Source: an uncultured Bdellovibrionales bacterium
GTDB lineage: Bacteria; Patescibacteriota; Minisyncoccia; Moranbacterales; UBA1568
NCBI GenBank assembly: GCA_964436855.1
Contig: CAYTED010000007.1
Span: 16,779 to 80,778 of the forward strand
Direction of reading: 5' to 3'
Length of the DNA stretch: 64,000 nucleotides
Made by a program: the position numbers and the translations under genes. Positions 46,672 to 56,766 of this stretch are shown here, in pieces; the first letter of the stretch is position 1; each line of letters starts with the position of its first letter. The notes below the pieces were generated by a model. It saw only the letters and a list, made by a program, of their open reading frames with translations, made no database searches and was not told the origin of the DNA.

Positions 46672-47715
46672 TTATCGGCGAACCGCCCCGGTCAACGAAT
46701 AAATTGGCGAGAGAATCGCAAGCGCGATGAATACCACTACCGATGCAATGACAATAAGCAGCACCGGCTCAAGCACCACCGTGAAATTCTTCGCACTTCG
46801 ATCCACCTCGTCATCAAGAAAATTACTCAAATAGAGAAACGTATCCGAAAGTTTTCCCGATTGTTCCCCGGCGGCGATCATTTTCACAACAACCGACGGC
46901 ACGAGAAACGAATACTGCGCCGAAAGTTCTTCCGAAACCGACTTTCCCTCCAGTACCGCCCGATGGATATTTCTCGCCATATCGGAAAAAGCGAGATTCA
47001 TCATTGATCGCTCCTCCACAAAAAGCGCCTGCGAAAGTGGAAGCCCGCTCGAAAGCATTACTCCCATATCTCGAAAAAATTGCGCCAAATATACACTTCG
47101 AAGAAACCCCCCAAGAAGCGGCAGGCGGAGCAGCAATCGATGCCAGTGTGGACGGATAATCGGAAGAAGCGTAGCAATTCGAATACCGATCAGTATTGCG
47201 ATACCCGAAATAAAAATCGCGATTCCATGCGCTTTCATCAGCGCCGCAAACCACAAAAGCGCCTGCGTTGAGAGCGGAAGTCCGGTTTCAAACGAATCAA
47301 AGAGTTTGACGAGTTTTGGAAGAATGAACACACTAATCAAGCTCGCAAGCGTGACGGCGGTCAGGAAAACTATCGTCGGATAGAGAAGAATGCTTTCAAT
47401 CTTTTTTCGCAATTGATACGATTTTTCCAGCTGTAAAGCGAGAAATTCGAGATTTTTCGAAAGTGTTCCGGACTGTTCACCGATAACGATCAAATTGATA
47501 TAGAGATGACTAAACACTTTCGGATGCCGCTTCAGCGCGTGTGCGAGCATCTGACCGTTTTCGACATCACCGATAATGGCGGTAATGATTTTTCGCATTG
47601 CGGAAAACTGTGATTGTTCGTACAAGGAGCTTAACGCTTCCCGAAGCGAAACACCGCTCTTCAAAAGAACGGCAAGTTCCCGCGTAAATAAAAGTCGCTC
47701 GACATTTTGAATCAT
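46672..47715 (-). CDS. pilC: Type IV pilus inner-membrane platform protein (GspF/PilC family)
   Basis: 347 aa; two GspF-type repeats; 3 TM segments; operon position after pilB. Confidence 0.9.
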   Translation of the reverse strand: MIQNVERLLFTRELAVLLKSGVSLREALSSLYEQSQFSAMRKIITAIIGDVENGQMLAHALKRHPKVFSHLYINLIVIGEQSGTLSKNLEFLALQLEKSYQLRKKIESILLYPTIVFLTAVTLASLISVFILPKLVKLFDSFETGLPLSTQALLWFAALMKAHGIAIFISGIAILIGIRIATLLPIIRPHWHRLLLRLPLLGGFLRSVYLAQFFRDMGVMLSSGLPLSQALFVEERSMMNLAFSDMARNIHRAVLEGKSVSEELSAQYSFLVPSVVVKMIAAGEQSGKLSDTFLYLSNFLDDEVDRSAKNFTVVLEPVLLIVIASVVVFIALAILSPIYSLTGAVRR

Positions 47716-47733
47716 AAAAAATCGTACGTTCGT

Positions 47734-49434
47734 CTATTCTCGGGAGACTCGGATCACCTCTTCAAGCGTCGTCAATCCGTTTTTCACCTTCAAGAGTCCA
47801 TCTTCGAGCATAGTGCGCATTCCGTTTTCCCGCGCAAGTGATTCGATATCGTTGGAATTTTTCCGATCAACAATTGCCCTTCGGATATCATCGTCCAACA
47901 AAAGCACCTCAAAAATACCCGTCCGCCCCTGAAACCCTGTTCCATGACACGCGTCGCACCCTTTCCCATAATACATCCGGACTGTATCGGTTTTCTCCTG
48001 AATTCCGAATGCCTCGTTTATACTCTTTAGGTCAATCTCCCGATAAAGTTCCCGTGCCGAAACTTCCTTGCTGACCCGGCATCCCTCGTGAATTTTTCGA
48101 ACCAGACGCTGCGCAATAATTGCGTTTACGGTCGTCGTTACAAGAAATGGCTCGATGCCAAGATCGAGCAGTCGAGGAATCGACGTTGCAGCGTTGTTTG
48201 TATGAAGCGTCGAAAGTACGAGATGACCCGTCATCGCAAGGTTTACCGCGATTCCTGCGGTTTCATCATCACGCACTTCTCCAACTAAAATAATATTCGG
48301 ATCCTGACGAAGAATACTTCGAAGCCCCGTCGCAAAGGTGAGATTTGCGTCGATATTCACTTGAATCTGATTCACGCCTTCGACATCGTATTCAACCGGA
48401 TCCTCGATCGTCATAATATTTACGTTTCGACGATTGAGAAGTTTTAAAAATGAATACAACGTTGTCGTCTTTCCGCACCCTGTCGGTCCTGTTACGAGTA
48501 CCATACCGTATGGTTTCTGATACGCCTCTTGAATTTTCAAGAGATCCTCGGATCCAATACCAAGATTCGAGAGCGAGAATTGCCGGGACCGATCCGAAAG
48601 AAGCCGCAAAACTACCTTCTCTCCATTCGTAATCGGGATGATTGAGACACGAATATCAATCGACTCTTCTTCGATGGTTACTTGCAATTTTCCATCCTGT
48701 GGCACTTGATGTTCGTCTGTCCGGAGATTCGCGAGAACCTTGATTCGTGATACCACTTGCGGGTGCAATTCTGATGGAAGTTTGGCGATGTCGTGCAACA
48801 CACCATCGATACGAAAACGGATCAGCGCGTCATGATCGCGAGGTTCCAAGTGAATATCCGACGCCTTGTTCTGAAACGCATACCCGAAAAGTGCGTCTAC
48901 CACGCGAATAATCGGCGGATCAATATCAGAAATAACGCTTTTCCTGGCGGCTTCCAAATTGTCTTTCAGAATATCCTCGAATGCCTCCGAAGCGCTTTTT
49001 CGATAGAGGCTGATCACTTCCGAAATATCGCGCTCCGTCGCATAGAATCTCCGGATAATACATCCGGTTTTCCGCTCAAGAAAGTTAAAAAATTCAAGAT
49101 TCTCCGGATCTGAAGTCGCTACGCTCACATTTTCCTTTTCAATCGCAAACACCATGGCGTGACTTTTCCGCGCCACCAGTTCGGGAAGAGTTCGAAAAAC
49201 CGATTCGGGAATCGTTTTATTCCGAAGATTTACAAACGGTATCTTGAAATGCTCGGCAATCAATTTCCCCAATTCTTCATCGGAAAGGAAATTATGCCAC
49301 AAAATTGCTTCTCGGAGCGTCGTCTCTTCAAGATCGGCACGCTCAACGGCAATATCGATATTTTCCTTGGAAACAAGACCATAGCCGAGAAGCATTCCTT
49401 CGAGCGCTTCCCGAGAAATAATATCCACTTTCAT
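47734..49434 (-). CDS. pilB: Type IV pilus assembly ATPase (GspE/PilB family)
   Basis: 566 aa; Walker A VTGPTGCGKTTTL; Asp box; His box; tetracysteine CDACHGTG near C-terminus. Confidence 0.95.
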   Translation of the reverse strand: MKVDIISREALEGMLLGYGLVSKENIDIAVERADLEETTLREAILWHNFLSDEELGKLIAEHFKIPFVNLRNKTIPESVFRTLPELVARKSHAMVFAIEKENVSVATSDPENLEFFNFLERKTGCIIRRFYATERDISEVISLYRKSASEAFEDILKDNLEAARKSVISDIDPPIIRVVDALFGYAFQNKASDIHLEPRDHDALIRFRIDGVLHDIAKLPSELHPQVVSRIKVLANLRTDEHQVPQDGKLQVTIEEESIDIRVSIIPITNGEKVVLRLLSDRSRQFSLSNLGIGSEDLLKIQEAYQKPYGMVLVTGPTGCGKTTTLYSFLKLLNRRNVNIMTIEDPVEYDVEGVNQIQVNIDANLTFATGLRSILRQDPNIILVGEVRDDETAGIAVNLAMTGHLVLSTLHTNNAATSIPRLLDLGIEPFLVTTTVNAIIAQRLVRKIHEGCRVSKEVSARELYREIDLKSINEAFGIQEKTDTVRMYYGKGCDACHGTGFQGRTGIFEVLLLDDDIRRAIVDRKNSNDIESLARENGMRTMLEDGLLKVKNGLTTLEEVIRVSRE

Positions 49435-49448
49435 AACGGAAGAAATCG

Positions 49449-49832
49449 TTACGCGAGATAATTCTTAATTTTCACTACGAGATCATTGATCGGCACATTC
49501 GACTTGATGATATATTCCTTCGCGCCAAGATTCATAACTCGTTTCACATCTTCTTCTTGGCTTAGATTCGAAAGAACAATAACCGGAACATCTTTCAGGG
49601 TTTCATTTTTCTTCATTTCCTCCAGTGTCTGGAAGCCGTCTTTTCCCGGCATAATGAGATCAAGCACGACGAGTGCGGGTTTCTTTTCCGTAGCTATCTT
49701 CAGCGCCTTGTCGCCATCTCCGGCGAGTGCCGCCGCCAAACCTTCTTTCTCAATCTTCGTTTTATAAATACTCGAATAAAACGGATCATCTTCAACGATC
49801 AGTACGTATTTTTCTTCGCTCATATGTTTCAA
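49449..49832 (-). CDS. Single-domain response regulator (CheY-like receiver)
   Basis: 127 aa; VLIVEDD, phospho-acceptor D in VLDLIMPGKDG, conserved K. Confidence 0.85.
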   Translation of the reverse strand: MKHMSEEKYVLIVEDDPFYSSIYKTKIEKEGLAAALAGDGDKALKIATEKKPALVVLDLIMPGKDGFQTLEEMKKNETLKDVPVIVLSNLSQEEDVKRVMNLGAKEYIIKSNVPINDLVVKIKNYLA

Positions 49833-49843
49833 TTAATGCTGAA

Positions 49844-52186
49844 TTACTCTTCCTTCAGAGGAAATCTCATTGTAAAAGTCGTTCCAACGTTCTCCTCGCT
49901 CTTGAATGAAATTTCTCCGTTACTTTCTTCCACATACGATTTTACCACAAAAAGTCCAAGTCCGCTTCCATCGGTAAATGATCGAATTGCATTTGATGCT
50001 CGGAAAAATTTCGCGAATATTTTTGATTGATCTTCCTTTGGAATACCAATGCCGTCATCAGAAACGGAAAGAACAATATATCCCTTTTCCTTCTCCACCT
50101 TCCCGATAACAACCCCCTTTTCTTTGCCATATCGAATCGCGTTCGCCACCAGGTTTTCCACCGCTTCAGATATATGTTTTTTCACAATGGAAATTTTTGG
50201 AAGAGGTTTTTTCGGAATATCAAGCTTGATTTGAATGTGCTTTTTTTTCGCATCACCTTCCAATACCCTTACCGCTTCCGAAAGAATCGATTCAAGATCG
50301 GTATTTTCCGGTGATTCCCTGATCGCCGCCTGATCGATACGGAAAACACTCAATAAATCACGTACGAGTATCATCATCCTATTGCTGTTTCTGCGCAGCT
50401 CTTCTACGGCCGCGAGCGCTTGTTTCGGTAACTTCCCGAAATCCCCACTTTCAAGAAGTTCCATGCTCCACCGCATGCTTCCAAGTGGTGTCCGCAACTG
50501 ATGCGCCGCAATGGAAAGGAAGCGGTCTTTCATTTGTTCAAGTTCGTATCGTTCGGTAATATCTTGAAACACGACAATCGCTCCCGCTATGTGTCTGACC
50601 TCAATAATCGGCGAAAGTGTTCCCGCGACCGGAATCGGATGCTGCTTCCCAATCAGAAAAGTTTTCGAATTAAATGAGAGGGATTTTTTTATTTTTATCG
50701 CCTCATAAAAGGGTAAAAAGTCACACGTTTTGTCATCCGTTCCGATACAAAACCGGAACAAAGTTCGACTATCCGCACCAAGAACATCTTCCGGCGTCCG
50801 CCCGATCATTTCAGCCGCTGTTGTATTACAGAATATTATCGTTCCGTTTCGGTCCGTCGCGTATATACCCTCACCGATCGACTGGAGGTATCGAAAAATT
50901 CCTTCCGCACGAATTTTTTCCTCCGTTACTTTTCGATTGACCGCTTCCAACTCGAGAAGATACTCCCTTTCCATTTCCTCCTGCTTTCTTTTTTCAGTAA
51001 CGTCTTGCTCAACACCAACAAAAAATCGAACATTGTTCTCATCATCCAAAATAGGAGAAACACGAACAATCGCAGTATACATCGTCCCGTCTTTTCGTTT
51101 ATTCTTCACTTCCCCGGAGTAGGGTTTCTTTTCGATCTTGATGATTTTCCAAAATTCCTCATAAAAAGACGCTGGCATTTGCTTTCCCCATAATGCTGGC
51201 GTTTCCCCGTTCATTTCTTGAAATGAAAACCCCGTCATTCTTTCAGCGGCAGTATTTGCATACAATATACTCCCGTCCGGGTCCGTTATAATCACATGGT
51301 CAAAAGAATTATCCACCGCTTGCTTGAATTTTTGGAGCTCTTCTTTTTCGGTGGCTATTTTTTTATTCGCAATGCGTTCCAGTTTTTCCGCATGTTCAGC
51401 GGCTTCACGTTTTTTCCGAAGTTCGGAAATGTTTGCCTTCAGATGATCCCGCATTCGAATAAACACTCGAGCGAGCGATCCGATTTCATCTTTCGCCTGC
51501 ACGCTCACCGGTACGTCAAAATTTCCAGTGCCGATTTTTTCCGAGGCGACGGTAATAACCCGTATCGGATCAATAATCACCCTTCGCACTACGAAGATCA
51601 TCGCAAAAACAAGAACGAAGCCTGTCATAATCAACAATCCGGCAAGCGAATATACGCTCTTCGCGATCGTTTCTTCGATAATTGCATTCGACGCCATGTG
51701 GACCTCCACAACTCCGAGAAAATCGTTATCCAAAAACAGGGGGATAAGCACGATACGCACTGGACTGATTGACGATTGCAGCGGTTCGTTATTGTCAAAT
51801 TTCTTTTCCAAAAACAATGGCTTTCTGGCATTGTATACGGAAAAAAGTTCGGGGTGATGAGTAGCCTTTTCCCCTATAATAGAGGTAAGATCAGACGCAA
51901 GAATCATTCCGTTTGTATCCCAGATTGTCAATCTCACGACATCTCCGGAACGAAGATTCTCTATATACTTATCGAATTTTTCTTTCGATTCTTCGGTTTC
52001 CGGATGCTCAAACATCGAACGATTGAGCAATACCTTTGAGGTGCGAATCACATCGTCCTTCCGTTCGAGATACACCTCATTGGAAAGAGAGCGCTTCAAA
52101 TGCCAGTTCGAAAAGAACGCAACCAGCACCACGGCGGCGATAATCACCAAAGAAACCGGCAAAGAAATCTTTGTAAAGACTCTCAT
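49844..52186 (-). CDS. Sensor histidine kinase with N-terminal membrane/sensor region, HAMP, PAS domains, HisKA and HATPase
   Basis: 780 aa; N-terminal TM; H-box AAHQLRTPL; G boxes in C-terminus (DDGIGIP, GSGLGL). Confidence 0.9.
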   Translation of the reverse strand: MRVFTKISLPVSLVIIAAVVLVAFFSNWHLKRSLSNEVYLERKDDVIRTSKVLLNRSMFEHPETEESKEKFDKYIENLRSGDVVRLTIWDTNGMILASDLTSIIGEKATHHPELFSVYNARKPLFLEKKFDNNEPLQSSISPVRIVLIPLFLDNDFLGVVEVHMASNAIIEETIAKSVYSLAGLLIMTGFVLVFAMIFVVRRVIIDPIRVITVASEKIGTGNFDVPVSVQAKDEIGSLARVFIRMRDHLKANISELRKKREAAEHAEKLERIANKKIATEKEELQKFKQAVDNSFDHVIITDPDGSILYANTAAERMTGFSFQEMNGETPALWGKQMPASFYEEFWKIIKIEKKPYSGEVKNKRKDGTMYTAIVRVSPILDDENNVRFFVGVEQDVTEKRKQEEMEREYLLELEAVNRKVTEEKIRAEGIFRYLQSIGEGIYATDRNGTIIFCNTTAAEMIGRTPEDVLGADSRTLFRFCIGTDDKTCDFLPFYEAIKIKKSLSFNSKTFLIGKQHPIPVAGTLSPIIEVRHIAGAIVVFQDITERYELEQMKDRFLSIAAHQLRTPLGSMRWSMELLESGDFGKLPKQALAAVEELRRNSNRMMILVRDLLSVFRIDQAAIRESPENTDLESILSEAVRVLEGDAKKKHIQIKLDIPKKPLPKISIVKKHISEAVENLVANAIRYGKEKGVVIGKVEKEKGYIVLSVSDDGIGIPKEDQSKIFAKFFRASNAIRSFTDGSGLGLFVVKSYVEESNGEISFKSEENVGTTFTMRFPLKEE

Positions 52187-52835
52187 TGCTTTTCAACATT
52201 CACCCTATCATGAAACAACATCTTGATTCATCTCTCGGAAAAAACGATACAGGAGAATTGTACATACTCCGTAAAATCACAAAAAGAACGATGTTCGTCG
52301 AGCAGGGGCATCCGTAACACGATCCATCTCGCCATTTTCCGAGAAGCGCTTCTTGATTCATTCCTTTCAATCAGCCCGGGCAGCATAAAATCGTTTTAAA
52401 TCTTTATTCAGATATACTCCAGGGACTGGATCAATGCCCAATTTTGCAAAGATCTTATCTTGTTTTTCAAAGTTTTTGTGACTGAAAAATCTCTCTGTCA
52501 CTCGCACCAACAAACTTGCCCAGCAAGTAAGTACTCCATAATACGCTCCTTTCCTCTATTTTTCGCAACCGCAAGTATGTCTGACTCTTTTTTTTGACAC
52601 AAACCACCACCCGTCCCTCAAAAAAACAAATAAAAAAACATTGCTTATTCAGTACTTTTATATATTGTTTTTGCTTTTTATGATGCTTGCATATCCTGAC
52701 TCTTTTCATCGCAATAATACCACATTTTTTTTCTCTTGCCTATTGATATTCGAAAGAAATCAGGATCTTCGAAGAAAAAATTCCGTACTTTTTTCTTTGG
52801 GAATTTCTCGCTGCAAAAAAATAATGACGGGGGAG

Positions 52836-53237
52836 CTATTTTTGATTGTTTGACTCAAAAAACGCGATTCCTTTTGCATATGCCGCGTTTACCTTTGGAA
52901 GCAATTTTTCTCTGATAAGCTGATTCGGTTCATTGTTGAGTTGATAAAGGACACCATTAATACTCTCAAGAAATCCGTTGTGATCACGCGTCATAACATA
53001 TTGAATTGATCGCTGAAGATCAAAAACATATCGCCACACTCGAGACGCATCGGTATTGCCGTAAGAATCACAACGATTCTCCCAATATAACGTCCACGCG
53101 AGAACAGCTTTTTGCGCTTCAGAGTTCTCTTTGTACGGATCCCCCTTTTTTACCCGAATCTGGTCATTCATGCCCCGAAAAAGGTCTTGTTCCGGTGTCT
53201 TTGTTTTTTCCGGTTTTTGCATCGGTTCCTCAAGCAT
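52836..53237 (-). CDS. Hypothetical protein (133 aa)
   Basis: Intact ORF; no recognised motifs. Confidence 0.4.
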   Translation of the reverse strand: MLEEPMQKPEKTKTPEQDLFRGMNDQIRVKKGDPYKENSEAQKAVLAWTLYWENRCDSYGNTDASRVWRYVFDLQRSIQYVMTRDHNGFLESINGVLYQLNNEPNQLIREKLLPKVNAAYAKGIAFFESNNQK

Positions 53238-53407
53238 AGTTCGTAAAATATATAACTCGTCTTGATATCAAGTACATATCTTTCCTCTTCCCATAGTGTA
53301 CACCAAAAGTTCTCCCCTCTCTACGGAAAGAGTTCCTTTCAGGAAAAACTGGTCAAATATCGCTTTTCGTTATATACTCCGAACATAATTCGTGATACCT
53401 ATGCCAT

Positions 53408-53578
53408 ATGGCAGATGAAGTTATGGTCGCAGAAACCGGGCACTGCATGAAGTGCAAGGAGAAGCGGGAAATGAAAGATGCCGAAGAAGTCGAAATGAAG
53501 AACGGTCGGAAGGCAAAAAAGGGCGTTTGCACCGTTTGCGGAACCAAGATGTTCAAGATTCTCGGCAAGCAAGGCTAA
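53408..53578 (+). CDS. Small zinc-ribbon protein (56 aa), absent from ORF track
   Basis: Own translation: MADEVMVAETGHCMKCKEKREMKDAEEVEMKNGRKAKKGVCTVCGTKMFKILGKQG; CxxC...CxxC; followed by a terminator. Resembles a small family of ~50-aa CxxC proteins (DUF5679-like), memory-based. Confidence 0.5.
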   Translation: MADEVMVAETGHCMKCKEKREMKDAEEVEMKNGRKAKKGVCTVCGTKMFKILGKQG

Positions 53579-53602
53579 AAACAGCCGCGTCTCTGCAAAA
53601 AA

Positions 53603-53628
53603 CAGCTCCTCTTGCGGGGGCTGTTTTT
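53603..53628 (+). terminator. Rho-independent terminator after the small zinc-ribbon gene
   Basis: cagctcc-tcttgcg-ggggctg (one G-U pair) followed by ttttt. Confidence 0.5.
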
Positions 53629-53980
53629 ATTGTTCCATATCGTATGTCCATCCATATGGAGAACATTTCTTGAAAGAATGGAGGCGCTCCTATTCCCCAC
53701 GAACCGCAGATGTGTTTCTTGCCGAAAAAAAACCAAAGCATTGTTTCATATTCTTCTTCTCGTTCAGTATGAACCACTACCTCGACAGTGCCGAGTATTG
53801 ATTCGCCGGGAAGCTCCCTTTTGTTTGAAAGCCAATCGAAACTTGTCATATAATCGGTTGTTTTTAGCCCACTTTCAAGGAAAAGCAAGGAAAGAAACAT
53901 CAAAAAATAAAAACACCCCCGCAAGGAGGCTTTTTCCCCACAACTCTATTCACGACACAACGCCTGCACCATGAGTGCAA

Positions 53981-55726
53981 TCAACCGAAGGTAAAGGCGT
54001 AGAGCTCCGCATTCCCATCAAGAAACTCGAGCTTCAAAACGTGCCGTCCCGGAACGGGCAATCGAACCAATTTATAGAGTTGATCCCCCTTCACCGTTAC
54101 AACGCCGTTTTCGACATCCGATCCAAGGCCGGAAAGTTCGCCATCGACAGAGACTTTGATAGAAGCTTCTTCGGCTCCCGACTTGGGACGCATGACGAGA
54201 AACACTTCTTTTGCCTCAAAATCAATTTCGAGTGCGGCACCTTTTCCGGGATGCGCATATTCACCCGCCACCGTCCAACTTCCTATATACGCAAGATCGT
54301 TTCTTCCAAGATTTTTTGGCGCGGAATATGACGTCTCCTTGTCATGAACAATCCGCTCGGGCGAAGCAAGTCGGGCGAGACGCTCGTAGCCAAGATAGCT
54401 TTCGGGAGTTCGCACATAACTTGCTTCTGTCTTGGAATTTTCAATGACTTGTGAAACCCCCTCTGCACCGGTTTCGGAAAGCAGCTCCTGGATCACCTTT
54501 TCACTCTCATCATAGGCGCCTTCGCCGAAGTGAGTGTATCGCACATATCCATCTTTATCGATGAAATATTTGGCCGGCCAGAAACGGTTGGAATACGCTC
54601 TCCATGTAGCAAAATCATTGTCCTGAACAATCGGATACTTCAGATCAAAATCAGCTACTGCCTTTCTGAGATTTTTTTCACTTTTCTCAAACTCGAATTC
54701 CGGCGCGTGAACACCGATAATCACGAGTCCCTTGTCTGCATATTTCTCGTACCACTTTTTGAGATATGGCAGAGTTCGCTGACAATTGATACATGAATAT
54801 GTCCAGAAGTCGACAATAACAACTTTTCCCTTGAGTTCCTCGAGTGTGAGTGGCTCACTATTGATCCAAACACCGCCCGGAATGAGCTCGGGAGCCTTTG
54901 GTCCCTTTGGCAAGAGATCAAACATTGGCTTTCCTGTTTCCATATTTTTATTCCCCTGTTTACCCTCCTCACCACGCAATCTGGATAACTCTTTTTGAAT
55001 AGAAGTGTTTTCTTCGAATTTTGTCAGTCCTGCACCATACTTCGGGAAGATGTTGATAATAAAGGTTTGAAAGCTTCGATCAAGATTACTCACTATCGCG
55101 AGCGCGGTCAGAATCATCAATACACCAAAAGCCTTCTGAATATTTCCGGTATTTCGAAGAAGCCACGGAACCCGACTAAGCAGTGTCCGGCCACCGATCA
55201 TAATCGCGAGCATCGGAATGGCGGTTCCCAGAGCGTATGCGAGCGTGATAAAAAATGTCGCAAGACTCACATCACCCGAAAGTGCCAACGAAATAACCGA
55301 GGCAAGAATCGGACCAACACATGGCGTCCAAAGGAGTCCGAGCGACAATCCGATCACAAATCCTGGTCCGAATCCCTTTTTATTTGTATTTTTCGGCACC
55401 AATACTGAAAACTTTGAAAATGCCTGCTCGAGCCATACCTGAAAGCGAGGTACTAAAAGGGAGACTCCAAAGAGTGCAATCACCACGACTGAAAGCGTCC
55501 GCAATGTATTGGCAGAAATACCAAATGACTGAACAATCGCGGAGAGAAACAACGTAAAAAATGTAAAACTCGCAATAAATCCCACCACCACTCCGAGCGG
55601 CCGAGACTTTCCGATATTCTCTCCCCCAAGAGTGGAGGAGAGAATAAGCGGAAGCACCGGGAGAATACACGGCGAAAGCACCGTGACCACTCCTGCGAGA
55701 AATGCGAATCCAATAAGAAGAATCAT
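53981..55726 (-). CDS. Thiol:disulfide interchange protein: DsbD/CcdA-type membrane domain fused to TlpA/ResA-like thioredoxin domain plus C-terminal beta domain
   Basis: CcdA-like TMs with Cys (VLSPCILPVLP, LLWTPCVGPIL); thioredoxin motif WTYSCINCQ. Confidence 0.85.
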   Translation of the reverse strand: MILLIGFAFLAGVVTVLSPCILPVLPLILSSTLGGENIGKSRPLGVVVGFIASFTFFTLFLSAIVQSFGISANTLRTLSVVVIALFGVSLLVPRFQVWLEQAFSKFSVLVPKNTNKKGFGPGFVIGLSLGLLWTPCVGPILASVISLALSGDVSLATFFITLAYALGTAIPMLAIMIGGRTLLSRVPWLLRNTGNIQKAFGVLMILTALAIVSNLDRSFQTFIINIFPKYGAGLTKFEENTSIQKELSRLRGEEGKQGNKNMETGKPMFDLLPKGPKAPELIPGGVWINSEPLTLEELKGKVVIVDFWTYSCINCQRTLPYLKKWYEKYADKGLVIIGVHAPEFEFEKSEKNLRKAVADFDLKYPIVQDNDFATWRAYSNRFWPAKYFIDKDGYVRYTHFGEGAYDESEKVIQELLSETGAEGVSQVIENSKTEASYVRTPESYLGYERLARLASPERIVHDKETSYSAPKNLGRNDLAYIGSWTVAGEYAHPGKGAALEIDFEAKEVFLVMRPKSGAEEASIKVSVDGELSGLGSDVENGVVTVKGDQLYKLVRLPVPGRHVLKLEFLDGNAELYAFTFG

Positions 55727-55756
55727 AAACTCAATTGAATAACAATATTTTTTCGC

Positions 55757-56353
55757 TTATTTCACGTTCTTTTGCAATTCAGCAAGCGCTCCTCCGTTCC
55801 ACTTGGTAACGACATTGCCTGATGCATCGATCTGAACGTATGTGTGCTGATAGGTTACCCCGTACTTTGCTGCAAGCGCTTTTTCTTCGGCATCGGTCTG
55901 CGGGTCATTGTAATTCACCCGAATCACCGTCACATCACTCGGAATTTCAGCCTTTTTTGCCTGAAATGCGGCATCGGCCGGTTTACAGATTGGGCACCAG
56001 CTCGCATAAAAGAAAAGTACGCGACGGGTATTTTTTGCTCCATCAAACGCTGCCTTTGAATACTCGACATATCGGTCCGATGACTTCACCATAGCATCAT
56101 CCTTCTTCATCATCTTGTCATCGTCATCTTTTTTTATCATCGCATCGTCTTCTTCTTTCACTGTTTTTTCATCCTCCTTCATCATTTTTTCATCTTCTTC
56201 TTTTTTTATCATTGCCTTCTCTTCTTCCTCCTTTATCATCTTTTCATCCTTCTGCTTCTGCATCATGGCATCGTCTTTTGAACCTGATTGGGTCAAGATC
56301 CATGCTCCTCCCAGGACAACAATGGCCCCGATAATAATTACTAATAACTTCAT
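55757..56353 (-). CDS. Secreted thioredoxin-like protein with Met/Asp/Glu/Lys-rich repetitive linker
   Basis: Signal anchor; linker DDAMMQKQKDEKMIKEEEEKAMIKKEEDEKMMKEDEK...DDAMIKKDDDDKMMKKDDAMVK; catalytic SWCPICK. Confidence 0.75.
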   Translation of the reverse strand: MKLLVIIIGAIVVLGGAWILTQSGSKDDAMMQKQKDEKMIKEEEEKAMIKKEEDEKMMKEDEKTVKEEDDAMIKKDDDDKMMKKDDAMVKSSDRYVEYSKAAFDGAKNTRRVLFFYASWCPICKPADAAFQAKKAEIPSDVTVIRVNYNDPQTDAEEKALAAKYGVTYQHTYVQIDASGNVVTKWNGGALAELQKNVK

Positions 56354-56394
56354 ACGTTTTTTTGATTAATGATTACGTATGTCTTCATGAAAAT

Positions 56395-56766
56395 TTAGTA
56401 TCGCCTCTGTGCATACCATCGCCCCACAATCTTTGCAAACACCATGGCAGCAAGTGCCACCGGAAGCCATGGATCCAACGTGTGATGTATCGATTGGATA
56501 AAAGTTCCGAGAAGCAAGACTACTCCAACAACAATCGACGCCAATCTCGCTGCGACAAATCGGTGCAACTGCTCCCGCTCGTCTTGGATCACCTCTTTCC
56601 ATGTCAGCATGACAAAAAAAGCAAAACATGCGACCCCTAAACCGAGAAGAGTCATCTGTACCATATCACTCATCCAGAAATGAAACGGGTTGATATATCC
56701 TATCAGCAAAACAATCAGCAAAATAGAAACTGTTTGTTCGGAGAAAATTTTTTTCCACTCGTTCAT
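56395..56766 (-). CDS. Hypothetical small membrane protein (3-4 TM)
   Basis: Overlaps upstream XRE gene by 4 nt (co-transcribed pair). Confidence 0.45.
   Translation of the reverse strand: MNEWKKIFSEQTVSILLIVLLIGYINPFHFWMSDMVQMTLLGLGVACFAFFVMLTWKEVIQDEREQLHRFVAARLASIVVGVVLLLGTFIQSIHHTLDPWLPVALAAMVFAKIVGRWYAQRRY

Noticed and set aside
53553-53924. 123-aa minus-strand ORF with signal-peptide-like start (MRGCFYFLMFLSLLFLESGL)
   Set aside because: Overlaps the 3' end and terminator of the plus-strand zinc-ribbon gene. There is no supporting motif. Left uncalled, though a small secreted protein downstream of dsbD cannot be excluded.
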